DNA from: Rebecca billardiae RCC1528
Lineage: Eukaryota; Protista; Haptophyta
Reading direction: 5' to 3'
Assembly (NCBI GenBank): GCA_965240325.2
Contig: OZ251230.1
Location: forward strand, 434,001 to 498,000
DNA length: 64,000 nt
The translations under genes were made by a program, and so were the position numbers. The notes below the pieces were generated by a model that saw nothing but the letters and a program-made list of their open reading frames with translations, searched no databases and was not told the DNA's origin. Positions 10,801 through 22,917 of the stretch are shown here, one piece after another (the first letter of the stretch is position 1; the number at the start of each line of letters is the position of its first letter).

Positions 10801-13800
10801 TCGTGAAGGCGCGCGAGGTAGAGGTGTCGGTCAACGCGCTCGCGGACGCGATGGCGAGCATGGCACGAGCGCACCTCTCGCTCTTCCGCACCCTCGAGCG
10901 CTGGGCCGACATCTGGATCGCGGAGTACGGCGAGGACGACGGCGGCTCAGACACAGAGTCCTCTTCGGGCTCAGGCTCGGACGAGAGCGGCGGTGGCGGC
11001 GGCGGCGGCCGCGGCCGCGGCGCGCGGCACGCCGGCAGGCAGGGCGGCGGCGGCGCGGAAGGCGACGGCCGCGGGATGGCGAGCGCCTCCAAGCAGTTCC
11101 TCAGGCTGGTGCTGCAGCTGCCGCACGCGGAGAGCGGGCTGGTCCGGCTGAGCGCGCTGTTCCGAGAGCGGCTGCCCGCCGACGCGAACTGCGCGATGCC
11201 CGACGCCGTCCGGCGCGCCGAGGAGGAGCGCACGCTGCGGCACATCCTGACGTCCGTGCTGGGCGTGGACGCGCACTCGGCGGACGCGGTGCTCGCCGAG
11301 ATCTACGAGGAGCTGCGCGCGCTGCTCGGCGCCGCCGCGCCGATGCCAGCCGGGATGGGCGGTGGCGCGCTTGGGGTGCCTCTGCGCACCGCCGCCGACC
11401 GGCTCGCCGTGCCGCCGCCGTCGCAGCACGCGGCCGCCGAGCCATCGGCGGCGGCGCTCGCGGCGGGCGCGCGCGCAGCGGGCGCGCCCGAGGTGGCGAC
11501 AAGCGCAGCGGCTGCCTCGACGCCGTCGTCGGATGGCTCGGCCGCGGACGAGGGCAGCTCGCTGCGCTCGGACGAACAGCGGGACGGCTCGGCGCAGAGC
11601 GCCTCGTTCGGCCGCGCGGCCGCAGCCGCGGACAGCCCGCCGCAGCAGCGCGGCGACTCGCCCGCCACCGGCGGCGGTGGCGGCGGCGGCGGCAGCCCAG
11701 GCGGCGGTTCCGGCCGAGCCGGCGGCTCGTTCGAGCAGGGCTCGTTCCGGAACGACAAGGTGATCGACGTGCTGCGCCGCGGCTCGATGACGGGCACGAC
11801 GCTGGTCGACCTCACGCGCCATCTGCACCGCGGCTCGATCAGCGCGGGCAGCAGCTCGTTTCTGGGCGGCGCCGCGCCGCGCGCCGCCACGCGGCCGTCA
11901 CACGCCACGGTGGCCGCCGCCGTGGCTGCCACCAGGGCCGGTGCGGCGAAGCTCTCGCCGCGGCTGCAGCCTCTGGAGCAGGGCGCCGCCGACGACGACG
12001 CGTCCCAGCAGCCCGTGTACCTCTCCGACCTCGGCCACGTCGTGCTCTTCTGCTCGAGCACGCTGCTGGACGTGCTCGTACGGCGCTCGCTCGCGCGCTC
12101 GGGCGGCGCCACGCCCGGCACGACGCGCAGCAGCTTCGGCAGCCAGGGCGGCGGGAGGAGCGGGCGCGAGGACGGCGGCTCGTGGTCCGCGGCGGCCTCC
12201 TCGCCCCGCTCGCCGCCGCACTCCAAGCGCCTCTCCACCACCCTCGGCCGCGTGCTCCACTCGTTGGGCGGCGGCGGCGGCGCGCGGCACGGAGACGAGG
12301 GCTTGCAGGGCGACGCATCCGCCACGGCGAGCATGGAGGAGGGCGAGAGCGGGGGCCGGCTGCGCATGACGCTCTCGCAGCTGGCCGACGCGACGGGCAA
12401 GGACGGCGGCGGCCGCGCGCACGAGACGCTGCGCCGCGACGTGGAGGGCTCGGCGCGAATCATCCTCGCCCTCTTCCGCGTGTTCGACGCGGACGACAGC
12501 GGCGTCGTGCACATGCGCGACGTGCGCAAGCTGCAGCGCGAGCTGGGCGAGTTCGGCTCGGAGGAGATCCGCTCGCTGGTGACGCACCTGATGGACGCCT
12601 CGCGCGCGATGCAGCCGCGGGCCGAGCCCGAGCCCGCGCCCGCGCTCGAAGGGCGCCGGCTCTCTCCACTGGCCGAGCACGCCCGCGCAGAGCGCGCCGC
12701 CGGCGCGTTGCCGCCGGGCGGTGCGCGCGCGGAGAACCCGTTTGGCCTCTCCGAGGCGGCGCAGGCGCGGCGGCGGCGCTCGCTGAAGCACGGGCAGCGC
12801 AAGCAGCGCTCGCCGAGCGGCGCGAGCTCGACGCCGTCCTACCTCTCCCTCGGCGCGCCGCTGGGGTACGACCGTCCGTCCCCTGACGGCTGGGAGGAGG
12901 CGTCGCTGCCGCTCGAGGAGAGGCTCGAGAAGAGCGCAGAGGGGGCGGGCGCCTCCTCGGACGAGGCCGAGCTGCTCGAGGGCGCGGAGCTGTTTGCAGA
13001 CGCGGACGAGGCGGCCGAGCCCCCGCTTGGCGCGGCCGAGGCGATGTCGGACGGGCTCGAGCCGGGCACCACGGCGGGCGGCGGCGCGCAGCTGCGGCCG
13101 CGCGGGCGAGGCGCGGCGCGCGCCGCGGACGAGGCGCGCAAGCCGTCCTTCCTGTCGGAAGAGCAGCTCGCTGGCCCGACCGCCGAGCACGAGGCGCTGT
13201 ACGCATCGCTCGACGAGGCGGGCACGATCGCGCCCGGCGGCGCGGGCGGCGCCCCCGACGGCCTCGGCCTGCGCGGCCGCGCGGCCGCCGTGCGCTCGAT
13301 GACCAAGGTGCAGTTCTTCGTGGGCGTCTCCTCGTGGATCCTCGTCTCGGCGAGCGAGGTGGCACACCCGGACGAGGAGGAGGACGCGGTGGCGCGGGTG
13401 CGGCGGGAGGCAAAGGCGGCGCAGGACGCGCGCGCCTCGCGCATGTCCGCCGCGGAGAAGGCGATGTCCGAGCAGGAGGCGGCGGCGCGGCGGTCGCGCA
13501 AGCTCGAGGCGCACCTCACGCTCGCGATGGAGAGCGCCGCCGCCTTCTCGCTGCTCGCGGACAACATCCAGCACCGCGTGGACAAGGGGAGGGTCGGCGC
13601 GGCCGAGCGCGTGGAGAGTGGCGCGCTGCTCAAGTTCGTCGCGCACGCCGTCGCCATCCCCGCCTCCGCCCGCGCGGAGACCGTCGAGGCGTGGTGCGAC
13701 AAGCGGCTCGGGCTCACGCTCGAGAAGCAGGGCGCAGGCGCAGAGCAACGCGGCGGCGGCGGCGGCCCGCAGCCGCCGGAGGAGGCGCCGCTCGACGACG

Positions 13801-16800
13801 GCTCCAACTTCGGCGGCGACGTGGCGGGCGCGGAGGCGGCGGCGGCGGCGGCGACGACGACGTGGCAAGTGCTCATCGACGCGCTGCGCGACGAGGCGAC
13901 CGCGCTGCGCCTCGTCGAGAGCGGCGTCGACAGCGTCGACGGCGGCGGCGGCAGCGCGCGCCAGCGGGGCGGGGCGGGCAGCGGCCTGCTCGCCGCCGTC
14001 GGGCTCGGCGGCGGGGGCGGCGGGGGCGCGCGGCGCGGCGCGGACGGCGGCGGCGGCGGCACCGCCGCCGCCGAGCACGCCGCCGAGCCCGGCGGCGCGC
14101 CCGACTCTGCGTGGTACGTGATGAGCCGGCGCTCCGCGGTGTGCGTGCTCGTGCACCGCGCCTTCCTCGGCCTCGTGGTCTGGGACGCGCTCGTCGGGCC
14201 GATGTCGCTCGCGTACATCGACTGCTTCGCGCGGATGCCGTGGCTGTTCTACGTGAACTTTGGGATCGACGCGTGCTACCTCGTGCGCATCGGCCTTCAG
14301 TTCTTCACCTCCTTCGTCAACGAGAAGTCCGTCGAGGTGTTCGCCCCCGCGAAGATCTGGCGGCACTACCTGCAGCGCGACTTTGTGGGCGACGTGTTCG
14401 CGTGCTGGCCGCACGACAAGCTGGCGTGGCTGCTCGGCGCGGGCCCTTTCGTGCAGCTCTCGCTGCGGCTGCTGCGGTACGTGAACGTGCGCTACGTGCT
14501 GCGCGCGTGGGGCGCGTGGAAGCGTGGCCTCTCCCAGGCCGACTTTGCGAGCGGGCTGGTGCGCAACATTGCGCCGCTGCTATGCACCATGCACTACTCC
14601 GCGTGCGTGGCCAACGTGCTCGGCTACTCCAACCTCGCGCAGCGGCTGGCGTACACGACGTGGGCGGACATCTACGACCGCGAGCGTGACGCGCTGCTGC
14701 GCGGCAGCTCGAGCGAGTACGGCAGCCCCGAGGCCGAGCTCACCCACCACTACCTGACGGCGGTCTTCCTGGTGCTCTCGCTCATCACCGGGCTGGGGCT
14801 CGCGCAGCTGCCCGCCAACTACGCGGAGGCGCTCGCGTTCGTGCTGCTCGGCGTGACGAACATGACGATCTACGCGTGGGCGGTCGGCGGGATCTCCGGC
14901 CTCGTGATGAAGCAGGACGACGAGATCGTGGGCAAGCGCGCGCAGCTCGAGCTCGTCACCGCGTACGTGCGGCACATCCACGCGCCCGCCGAGCTGAAGG
15001 AGCGGATGGTGCGCTTCTTCCAGCACCGGCTGCAGACCACCTCGCTCTCGTCCGTCGACGCGGAGCAGATCTACACGGGGCTGCCCGTGCCGCTGCAGAT
15101 GGAGGTGGCGACGCACACCAACCGCGCGCTCGTCACCGGCTGCCTGCTGCTGCGCGGCTGCGCCGCCGGCTTCCTCGACCGGCTCTCGGCCGCGCTGCGC
15201 GAGCGCGAGCTCGACGCGGAGGCGGTGGTCTTCCGCGCGGGCGAGGCGTGCAAGGAGCTGCTGCTCATCGCGTCGGGCGTGGTCGAGCTGCTCGACGAGG
15301 GCGCGGAGGGCGCGGAGGAGGGCGGCGAGGCCGGGCTCGAGCTGATGGGGCCGGGCGACACGCTCGGCGAGGTGCCCTTCATCTTCTCGATCCGGCACTT
15401 TAAGACGGCGCGCGTGGGGCAGGAGAAGAAGGCGGTCACGTTCAGCCTCTCGCAGGAGCAGTTCAGGGAGCTGCTCAAGGCCTTTCCTTCGCAGGAGGAC
15501 GTGCTGATGGACAACGCGATGCGGCGGCACGACGGTGCGCGCGCCGCGCCCGCGCCCGCGTGCCGCGCGCCCGCGCGCGCCGTGCCGCCCACGCGCTCCG
15601 CGCGCGCGCCCCCGAGCGAGCAGGCATGTCGGGCGCTAAGTCGGTCCGCTCGGGCAGGTCAGCCGGGTCCAAGCGCGCCGCGTCCGAGGCGGGCAGGTCG
15701 GAGAGGTCGGAGGTATCCAAGTCGGCCGCGGGCGGCGCCAAGTCGGAGGTGGACGCCGGGCCGGTGACGGGCGTGGACGCGCTGCACAAGGTGCGGCCCA
15801 CGCGCCGTCGCGCGCGCGCGCGCGCGGCCGGGCGCAGCCACGGCGCGGCGGCGCACGGCCAGATGCGAGCCTCCGCTCTTCGCCTCCTCGCGCGCCTCGG
15901 CCCCGTGCTGCTGCCCGCGCGCAGATCCTGACCGAGGCGAAGCGCAAGCGCGAGGAGCTGCTCCACTCGCGGCTGTGCACCGCGTGCGCCAAGGGCGACC
16001 TGGAGAAAGTGCGCCGGCTGCTCTCGGGCCGCGCGTCCGACGTGGACCACGGCGACTTTGGCGGCCGGCGCGTGCTGCACCTGGCCGCGTGCGGCGGCGA
16101 GCCGCGCGTGATCGAGCTGCTGCTCGGGCAGAAGGCGGACGTGAACGTGGAGGACGCGCAGGGCTGCACGCCGCTCGACGCCGCGCTGATGGCCGACAAG
16201 GAGGCCGCCGCGGCGCTGCTCGCCAGGCACGGCGGCCGGCCGGGCTCGCGCGACGTCTCCGACCACGTGTGCACCGCGGCCGGCGACGCGGACGGCGGGC
16301 GCGACCTCGCGCGGCTCTGCCAGTACGGCGGGAACGTGAACGCGACGTCGAGCGAGGGGCGCACCGCGCTGCACATCGCCGCGTCCGAGGGGCGCGCCGC
16401 CAACGTGCGCAAGCTCCTCGAGCTGCGCGCGGACATCAACGCGCGCGACGCGCGCGGCTCGACGCCGCTGCAGGACGCGCTGCTCGGCCGTCAGGACGAG
16501 GTGTGCGCGCTGCTGCTGCAGAGCGGCGCCGCGCTCGGCGAGCTCGACGTGGCCAAGGCGCTGAACACGGCGGCGGCGGCCAACGACACGGCCCACCTCG
16601 GCCGGCTGCTCCGCTTCCGCTGCGACGTCAACGCGCAGGACGGCGTCGGCCGCTGCGCGCTGCACCTCGCGAGCGCGTCGCGCTGCGTGAACGCGACCAG
16701 CCTGCTGCTCGACGCGGAGGGCGTGGCCGTGAACGCAGAGGACGCGCACGGCAACACCGCGCTGGACGACGCGCTGCGCGAGGGGTGCGCGGAGCAGCGC

Positions 16801-17561
16801 GTGCTCGTCGCGCTGCTCGAGTCGCGCGGCGCCAAGCCGGGCTCGCACGCCAAGCGCGCGCAGCTCGTCGAGCGCCACACGGACGTGGAGGAGCGCCGAG
16901 AGCAGCAGACGGCCGACACGATCCAAGCGCGCGACGCGACGCTCGGCCACGCGACCGAGCTCTCGGCCTGGCTCGCCGAGGAGCGCGCCGCGGGCTCGGA
17001 GTTCAGGGCGCAGCTCGACGCGGCGGTGCGGCTGCAGCGCGAGCACGGCGCCGTGCTCGCCGACGAGCTGCCCGAGCTGTGGGCGCAGGTGCACGCGTAC
17101 GCCGAGGGCTTCTTCGACTGGCGCGACGACGCCGCGTCGGACGTGCGGCGCGTCGTCGAGCGCATGGCCAGCGACACGACCGACTTTGCGCTCATCTCCG
17201 CGCACAAGCTGCTCGCCAAGGTGCGCCGCGCGCCGCGCGCGTGGCCACACCGCGTGCGCGCCGCTCGGCGCGGCCGCACACGCGGCCCCGCATCGCGCGG
17301 TCGCCGCCAGGCTACTGACCAATCCCACCACCACCGCGCGCGCGCCGCTGCGCGGGTGTGCGCGCACGCGGCCGTCCACCATGCTGGACTTGGCGCCCAC
17401 TCCTCGACGCTGCGGCCGCTGCGCAGATGGACGACATGCTGGAGATCGCGAGGAACGAGGCCAAGCCGCTCGAACGGCTGTACGAGGTCACGTTCCGCAA
17501 GCCGAGCAAATCCTCGCACAGCGGCCCAGACGGCAAGCCGCCTTGGAACCCGAATGCGTGA
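7866..17561 (+). CDS. Tandem two-module cyclic-nucleotide-binding-domain/ankyrin-repeat cation (K+) channel, Shaker/AKT/SKOR-like; exons 7866-15534, 15624-15790, 15925-17220, 17427-17561
   Basis: Module 1: TM helices, pore TSMGYG (8952-8969), C-linker, CNBD (GEVAF), ankyrins ([11 protein letters not shown]). EF-hand-like FDADDSGVV at ~12480. Module 2: TM helices, pore TGLGLA (14787-14804), CNBD (GEVPF), ankyrins. Three GT-AG introns keep the frame. Confidence 0.88.
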
Positions 17562-17658
17562 GCAGCATGCAATTGCAAGTCGTGGCACTGATTGAGTAGT
17601 GATTACTGATTGACGCGAGCGGCGGTACGGCGCGGGCGCCGTAGACGGCAACTGCTCG

Positions 17659-18220
<562 letters not shown>

Positions 18221-18493
18221 TATTATAATATATATATTCATATATATATATAGCTTATTAGTTATTGCAGCAGTCTATATATACTATTAGCAGGATGAAG
18301 GCGTGCACACAACTCAGGCGGCACCCTCCTATCAGCTCTCAGTCGTCAGCACAGATCGACACAGTCGCCTGCTGGGCGAGCACGCTCGCCGGGACGTGGG
18401 CAGTATGCTGTCGTCAGTGCGCGCTGTATGCGTGTCACTCGACTGCTACTTGCTGCCCGTGATGATCAAGACATCAGCCGTTGTCGCACGCCG

Positions 18494-18678
18494 TCAAGCC
18501 GCGGGCGCTGGCGTGGTCTTCGGCTTCATGGGCGCCTTGCCTGCCTTGTTGGACGGAGGCGGTGCGGTCTCCGTGTGCGCCCTGCTGCTGCCGTCAGATT
18601 TGGCGGCGTCGCTCGTGTCCTTGACGCGAGCCGGGGCCGCGGCGCGCTGAATCAAGCCCACCTTGATCTTCTTGGGCT

Positions 18679-18734
<56 letters not shown>

Positions 18735-19174
18735 GCGAGAGCCTCCGGCGGCACGACGACCGTCAGCACGCCGTCCGCCAGCTCGGCGCTGATCTTGTCC
18801 ACGTCAGAAACCGCGCGAGGCAGCGAGACCGAACGTGTGGCGGATGCGTGGCCGTTGGCGTCGGCGCGCTTGGCGTGGACGGTGAGGAGGTTCGAGTCGG
18901 CATCAACGTTGACGCTGATCTCAGGGTAGCCCTTCAGCTCAGCGAACGTGTACTTGAGCGTCTTGGTGCCGTCCGCGCCCTCGGCCTCGACGCGGATGGC
19001 CTTGTCAGCGTTGTGCGCGCAGCGCGCGAGCGCAGTGTCGAGCTCGGCGAGGGGGTCAACGAAAGGGGCGAGGCTGAACGGGTCGAACGTCACGAGAGGG
19101 TCATGCGTACGCATGCGCCGCGGCTGCGTCGAGCGCGCGAGGGGGAAGAGCGGCATCGGCGAGAGGGCGAACAT
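18494..19174 (-). CDS. HSP20: Small heat shock protein (HSP20/alpha-crystallin domain), copy A, 226 aa
   Basis: RSVSLPRAVSDVDKISAELADGVLTVVVP alpha-crystallin motif, (PE)n linker, C-terminal IKV (IXI/V) motif. Confidence 0.9.
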
Positions 19175-19243
19175 GGCGGGAAGTGTCGTTGAGCGGGTGT
19201 CCTTCCGCGGGTGGCGTCGGTCGGCGTCGGAGCGGTCGTTGGC

Positions 19244-19397
19244 GTGTGACCGCGCTGCGAGATTCAGATTTTCTTCGGACAGGTCGAGACGCGAGTCGCT
19301 CTCGACGACGCGCATCTCGACCTGGCAATTTTCCGAAACTTCTGAGCGAGCCTGGCTTCTGAGCAAGCTCGAGCGCGTGGCCTCACTTTGGAACCTG
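19244..19397. promoter_or_regulatory. Shared bidirectional promoter of the HSP20 pair with a minimal HSE-like GAAacTTC (19335-19342)
   Basis: Only unique sequence between the two divergent genes; the HSE match has just two perfect nGAAn units. Confidence 0.45.
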
Positions 19398-19467
19398 GCC
19401 AACGACCGCTCCGACGCCGGCCGAGACGCCACCCGTCAAGGACACCCGCTCACCGACACTTCCCGCC

Positions 19468-19907
19468 ATGTTCGCCCTCTCGCCGATGCCGCTCTTCCCC
19501 CTCGCGCGCTCGACGCAGCCGCGGCGCATGCGTGCGCATGACCCTCTCGTGACGTTCGACCCGTTCAGCCTCGCCCCTTTCGTCGACCCCCTCGCCGAGC
19601 TCGACACTGCGCTCGCGCGCTGCGCGCACGACGCTGACAAGGCCATCCGCGTCGAGGCCGAGGGCGCGGACGGCACCAAGACGCTCAAGTACACGTTCGC
19701 TGAGCTGAAGGGCTACCCTGAGATCAGCGTCAACGTTGATGCCGACTCGAACCTCCTCACCGTCCACGCCAAGCGCGCCGACGCCAACGGCCACGCATCC
19801 GCCACACGTTCGGTCTCGCTGCCTCGCGCGGTTTCTGACGTGGACAAGATCAGCGCCGAGCTGGCGGACGGCGTGCTGACGGTCGTCGTGCCGCCGGAGG
19901 CTCTCGC

Positions 19908-19963
<56 letters not shown>

Positions 19964-20148
19964 AGCCCAAGAAGATCAAGGTGGGCTTGATTCAGCGCGC
20001 CGCGGCCCCGGCTCGCGTCAAGGACACGAGCGACGCCGCCAAATCTGACGGCAGCAGCAGGGCGCACACGGAGACCGCACCGCCTCCGTCCAACAAGGCA
20101 GGCAAGGCGCCCATGAAGCCGAAGACCACGCCAGCGCCCGTGGCTTGA
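19468..20148 (+). CDS. HSP20: Small heat shock protein (HSP20), copy B, 226 aa
   Basis: Same motifs; differs from copy A at 3 residues (T/A, N/D, A/V). Confidence 0.9.
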
Positions 20149-20746
20149 CGGCGTGCGACAACGGCTGATGTCTTGATCAGACAGCAAGTAGCAGTCGGGT
20201 GACACGCATCTGACGCGCGCGCGGAGAGCATACTGCCCACGTCCCGGCGAGCGTGCTCGCCCATCAGGCGACTGTGTCTGTGCTGACTGGGAGCTGATGG
20301 GAGGGTGCCGGAGCTGTGTGATGCGCACGCCTTCATCCTAATAGACTGCAATAAGCGTACAGTGATCCGTCAGTCGTCGGCACTTAAACACGCATGAGGT
20401 CGTGCTACTGGCGGAGTACGTCACCGAGGCGATGATGATCCGAGACTAAATATATCCGACTCATCTCGATCAGACGATCTGCTCTGACTTCTGAGTCATG
20501 GCATAGTCGCGGGACCGCTCGGCCTTTGGGATGGTAATAGCTTGCGCCGCGCCAACGGCACCGTTGACACGCGAGCTTCCGACGGCTTCACAGTGGAAAC
20601 GGCTGCCGGCGCTGTCGCACCGTACGGCTGCCGCCGAGCCCGATGAGGGTTGTCGGCTCGTCGCCATATATCGGCGCCGACGACTACTCATCAGATCCGA
20701 GATCGACCATCGATCGAATATAATATATATGTATATATACATATGT

Positions 20747-20750
<4 letters not shown>

Positions 20751-20836
<86 letters not shown>
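20751..20836. repeat. Compound (TA)n(TG)n microsatellite
   Basis: Seen directly. Confidence 0.97.
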
Positions 20837-20838
<2 letters not shown>

Positions 20839-21280
20839 CGCGTATGGCACGCGCGCTAACGGTAACTATGCGACAGCCGTAACACGCCCGGTCCGTCTGA
20901 AAAACTGACTCACTGCTCGTAGTAAGTATTAGCTACTCACCCACTGAGCACGATTCATCCGCCGCTATGCCACGCTCTGATGACACTGCTGAGTGACGAT
21001 GATGAATTTGATGATGAATGATGATGATGGGCCCGCGTGATGCTCAGACTGATGAGACTGATGCTGATTGACAATACTACTACAGGGGTGAGAGTGAATA
21101 AAGTGATGATCGACGAGTCGACAACGCTTTCGTCAGTGTAGCAGGAGCTAGTACGACATCAATGCTGATGAGAGTACCGGTGCCACCACCGTCTACCGTC
21201 ATCGTAGTCGTAGCATAAGACATGCGCGCACCTGCTATCTGAATCATTGTCATCATCGTCATGCACGGATGAGTCGTCCG

Positions 21281-21360
21281 ATATATATATATATCGAGAG
21301 TGAGAGAGAGAGAGAGATCGTAAGAGAGAGAGAGAGAGATGAGAGAGAGACAGACGAGTC

Positions 21361-21400
<40 letters not shown>
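21281..21400. repeat. (TA)n followed by interrupted (GA)n microsatellite
   Basis: Seen directly. Confidence 0.93.
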
Positions 21401-21401
<1 letters not shown>

Positions 21402-21931
21402 CTAGAAGAATCGAGAGACGAGCAGAGACTAGAGTCGATCTAGACAGTCGTAGCTAGAGTCAGTATAGTAGACCGCTATATATATACGAGGGCGGAGACG
21501 AGTAAGCTGCTAGTTATAGAGATCAGAGACAGAGAGTCGAGAGACAGAGCAGCCAGACTCAGAGTGACTACTACTCATCAGTATCACTGAGTCAGACGAC
21601 CGACGGAGTCAGAGAGCCGTACCGAGTGCATGCGTCACTGGAGGCACAATGGCACGGAGCGCCAGCCGTCATCCGGTCCTGACAGATGGTCGCATCACCG
21701 CCAGCGCCGCCACTAGTGCCGTACGCACCATGTATAGCAGCTGTGACTGCTACTGAGCAAACGGAGTGAGCCCGGGCCGGTGCCCACGGTCCAGCCAGCC
21801 GGAGACGGGTCGGCCGTGGCTGAGTCCGGGTCGGCTCAGTGGACGGCATATTGCAGCATTCCGGGAGAGTTGACTGCATGCTCGCGTCTTGTCACCGCCG
21901 GCAGACTGCTCGCGCTGCGGGCGACGCGCCA

Positions 21932-22781
21932 TCATCTGCGCGCCTTCTTCCTTCGCGCCCCACCGCCGTCCTCACCTCCGGTCGCCGGCGCCTTGCCGGC
22001 TGCGCGCGCCTTGGCTTCGCGCGCGACACGCTCGAGGTGCCTCTTCAGCCGCGGGGGCAGCACGAGCTCGAGCTCGCCGCAGCGCGCGACGATGACGGGC
22101 TCCGTCGGGCGATTTGTGTCTGCGCCCACTTCCAGCTCCTCCATCTTGCGCACGACGTCCATGCCCTCCACCACCTTGCCGAACACCACGTGCTTGCCGT
22201 CGAGGTGTGGCGCCTTCTTGAGCGTGATGAAGAATTGCGAGCCTGCTCGGGGGGGATGCGAGGGGGCGCGCGTCTCGGCCGCGGTTCGAGGTGGCGGGCG
22301 AGCTCGCGAGAGGATGGGCGAGCGCGCGGACTTGGCGCGCACCGTTCGTGTTCGGTCCCTTGTTCGCCATGGACAGCAGGCCGGCGCCGTTGTGCAGGAG
22401 AGCAAAGTCCTCGTCCTCGAATGCGCCGCCGTAGATCGACTCGCCGCCAGTGCCGTTCTTGAACTGGTAGTCACCACCCTGGCAGACGAAGCCTTTGACA
22501 ATGCGGTGGAAGACAGAGCCCTTGTAGTGCATGGGCACGCGCGTCGTCGGGCCGAGCCCCTTCTCGCCCGTGCAAAGCGCTCGGAAGTTCTCGACCGTGC
22601 GCGGCGCGATGTCGTCAAAGAGCTCGAAGACGATGCGGCCGGTGGGCACGAGGCCGATCTGGATGTCCATGAAGACCCGAGGCCGCGGGGGGTACCGCCT
22701 GCGGCTGTCCTCGGTGCCGGCGTTCTCCGCGAATGTGAACAGCTGCTGCGCATTGGTCGCCGCCGCGGAGGTCGCCGCCAT
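21932..22781 (-). CDS. Cyclophilin-type peptidyl-prolyl cis-trans isomerase with basic C-terminal tail; exons 22781-22343 and 22242-21932
   Basis: [42 protein letters not shown]|[16 protein letters not shown]; GT-AG intron 22342-22243. Confidence 0.96.
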
Positions 22782-22917
22782 GCTGCAGCGTTGTGCGCGT
22801 CCGAGAAGATGGACCGATTTCGTCACAGGCGACGCAGCGAGCTCAAGAATCTGGTGGAAATCTGCGCGCGGGCCCGCTTGCATGAGCGCCTTCCCCTTCC
22901 GCCGCCACGTCAGCGCC

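Larger units (their letters stand above)
18253..20356. repeat. Long inverted repeat: arms ~18253-19243 and ~19398-20356, 154 bp spacer
   Basis: Arms are reverse complements, near-identical in the coding part and indel-diverged in the 3' flanks. Confidence 0.95.

Noticed and set aside
17311-17355. Possible extra micro-exon in the last channel intron (cag|gctactgacc...)
   Set aside because: Direct splicing 17220 to 17427 already keeps the frame and the peptide looks non-coding; TACTGAC may be branch-point-like.
18253-20356. HSP20 palindrome as a transposon or foldback element
   Set aside because: No transposase, sharp termini or target-site duplication; the arms are host genes with decaying flanks.
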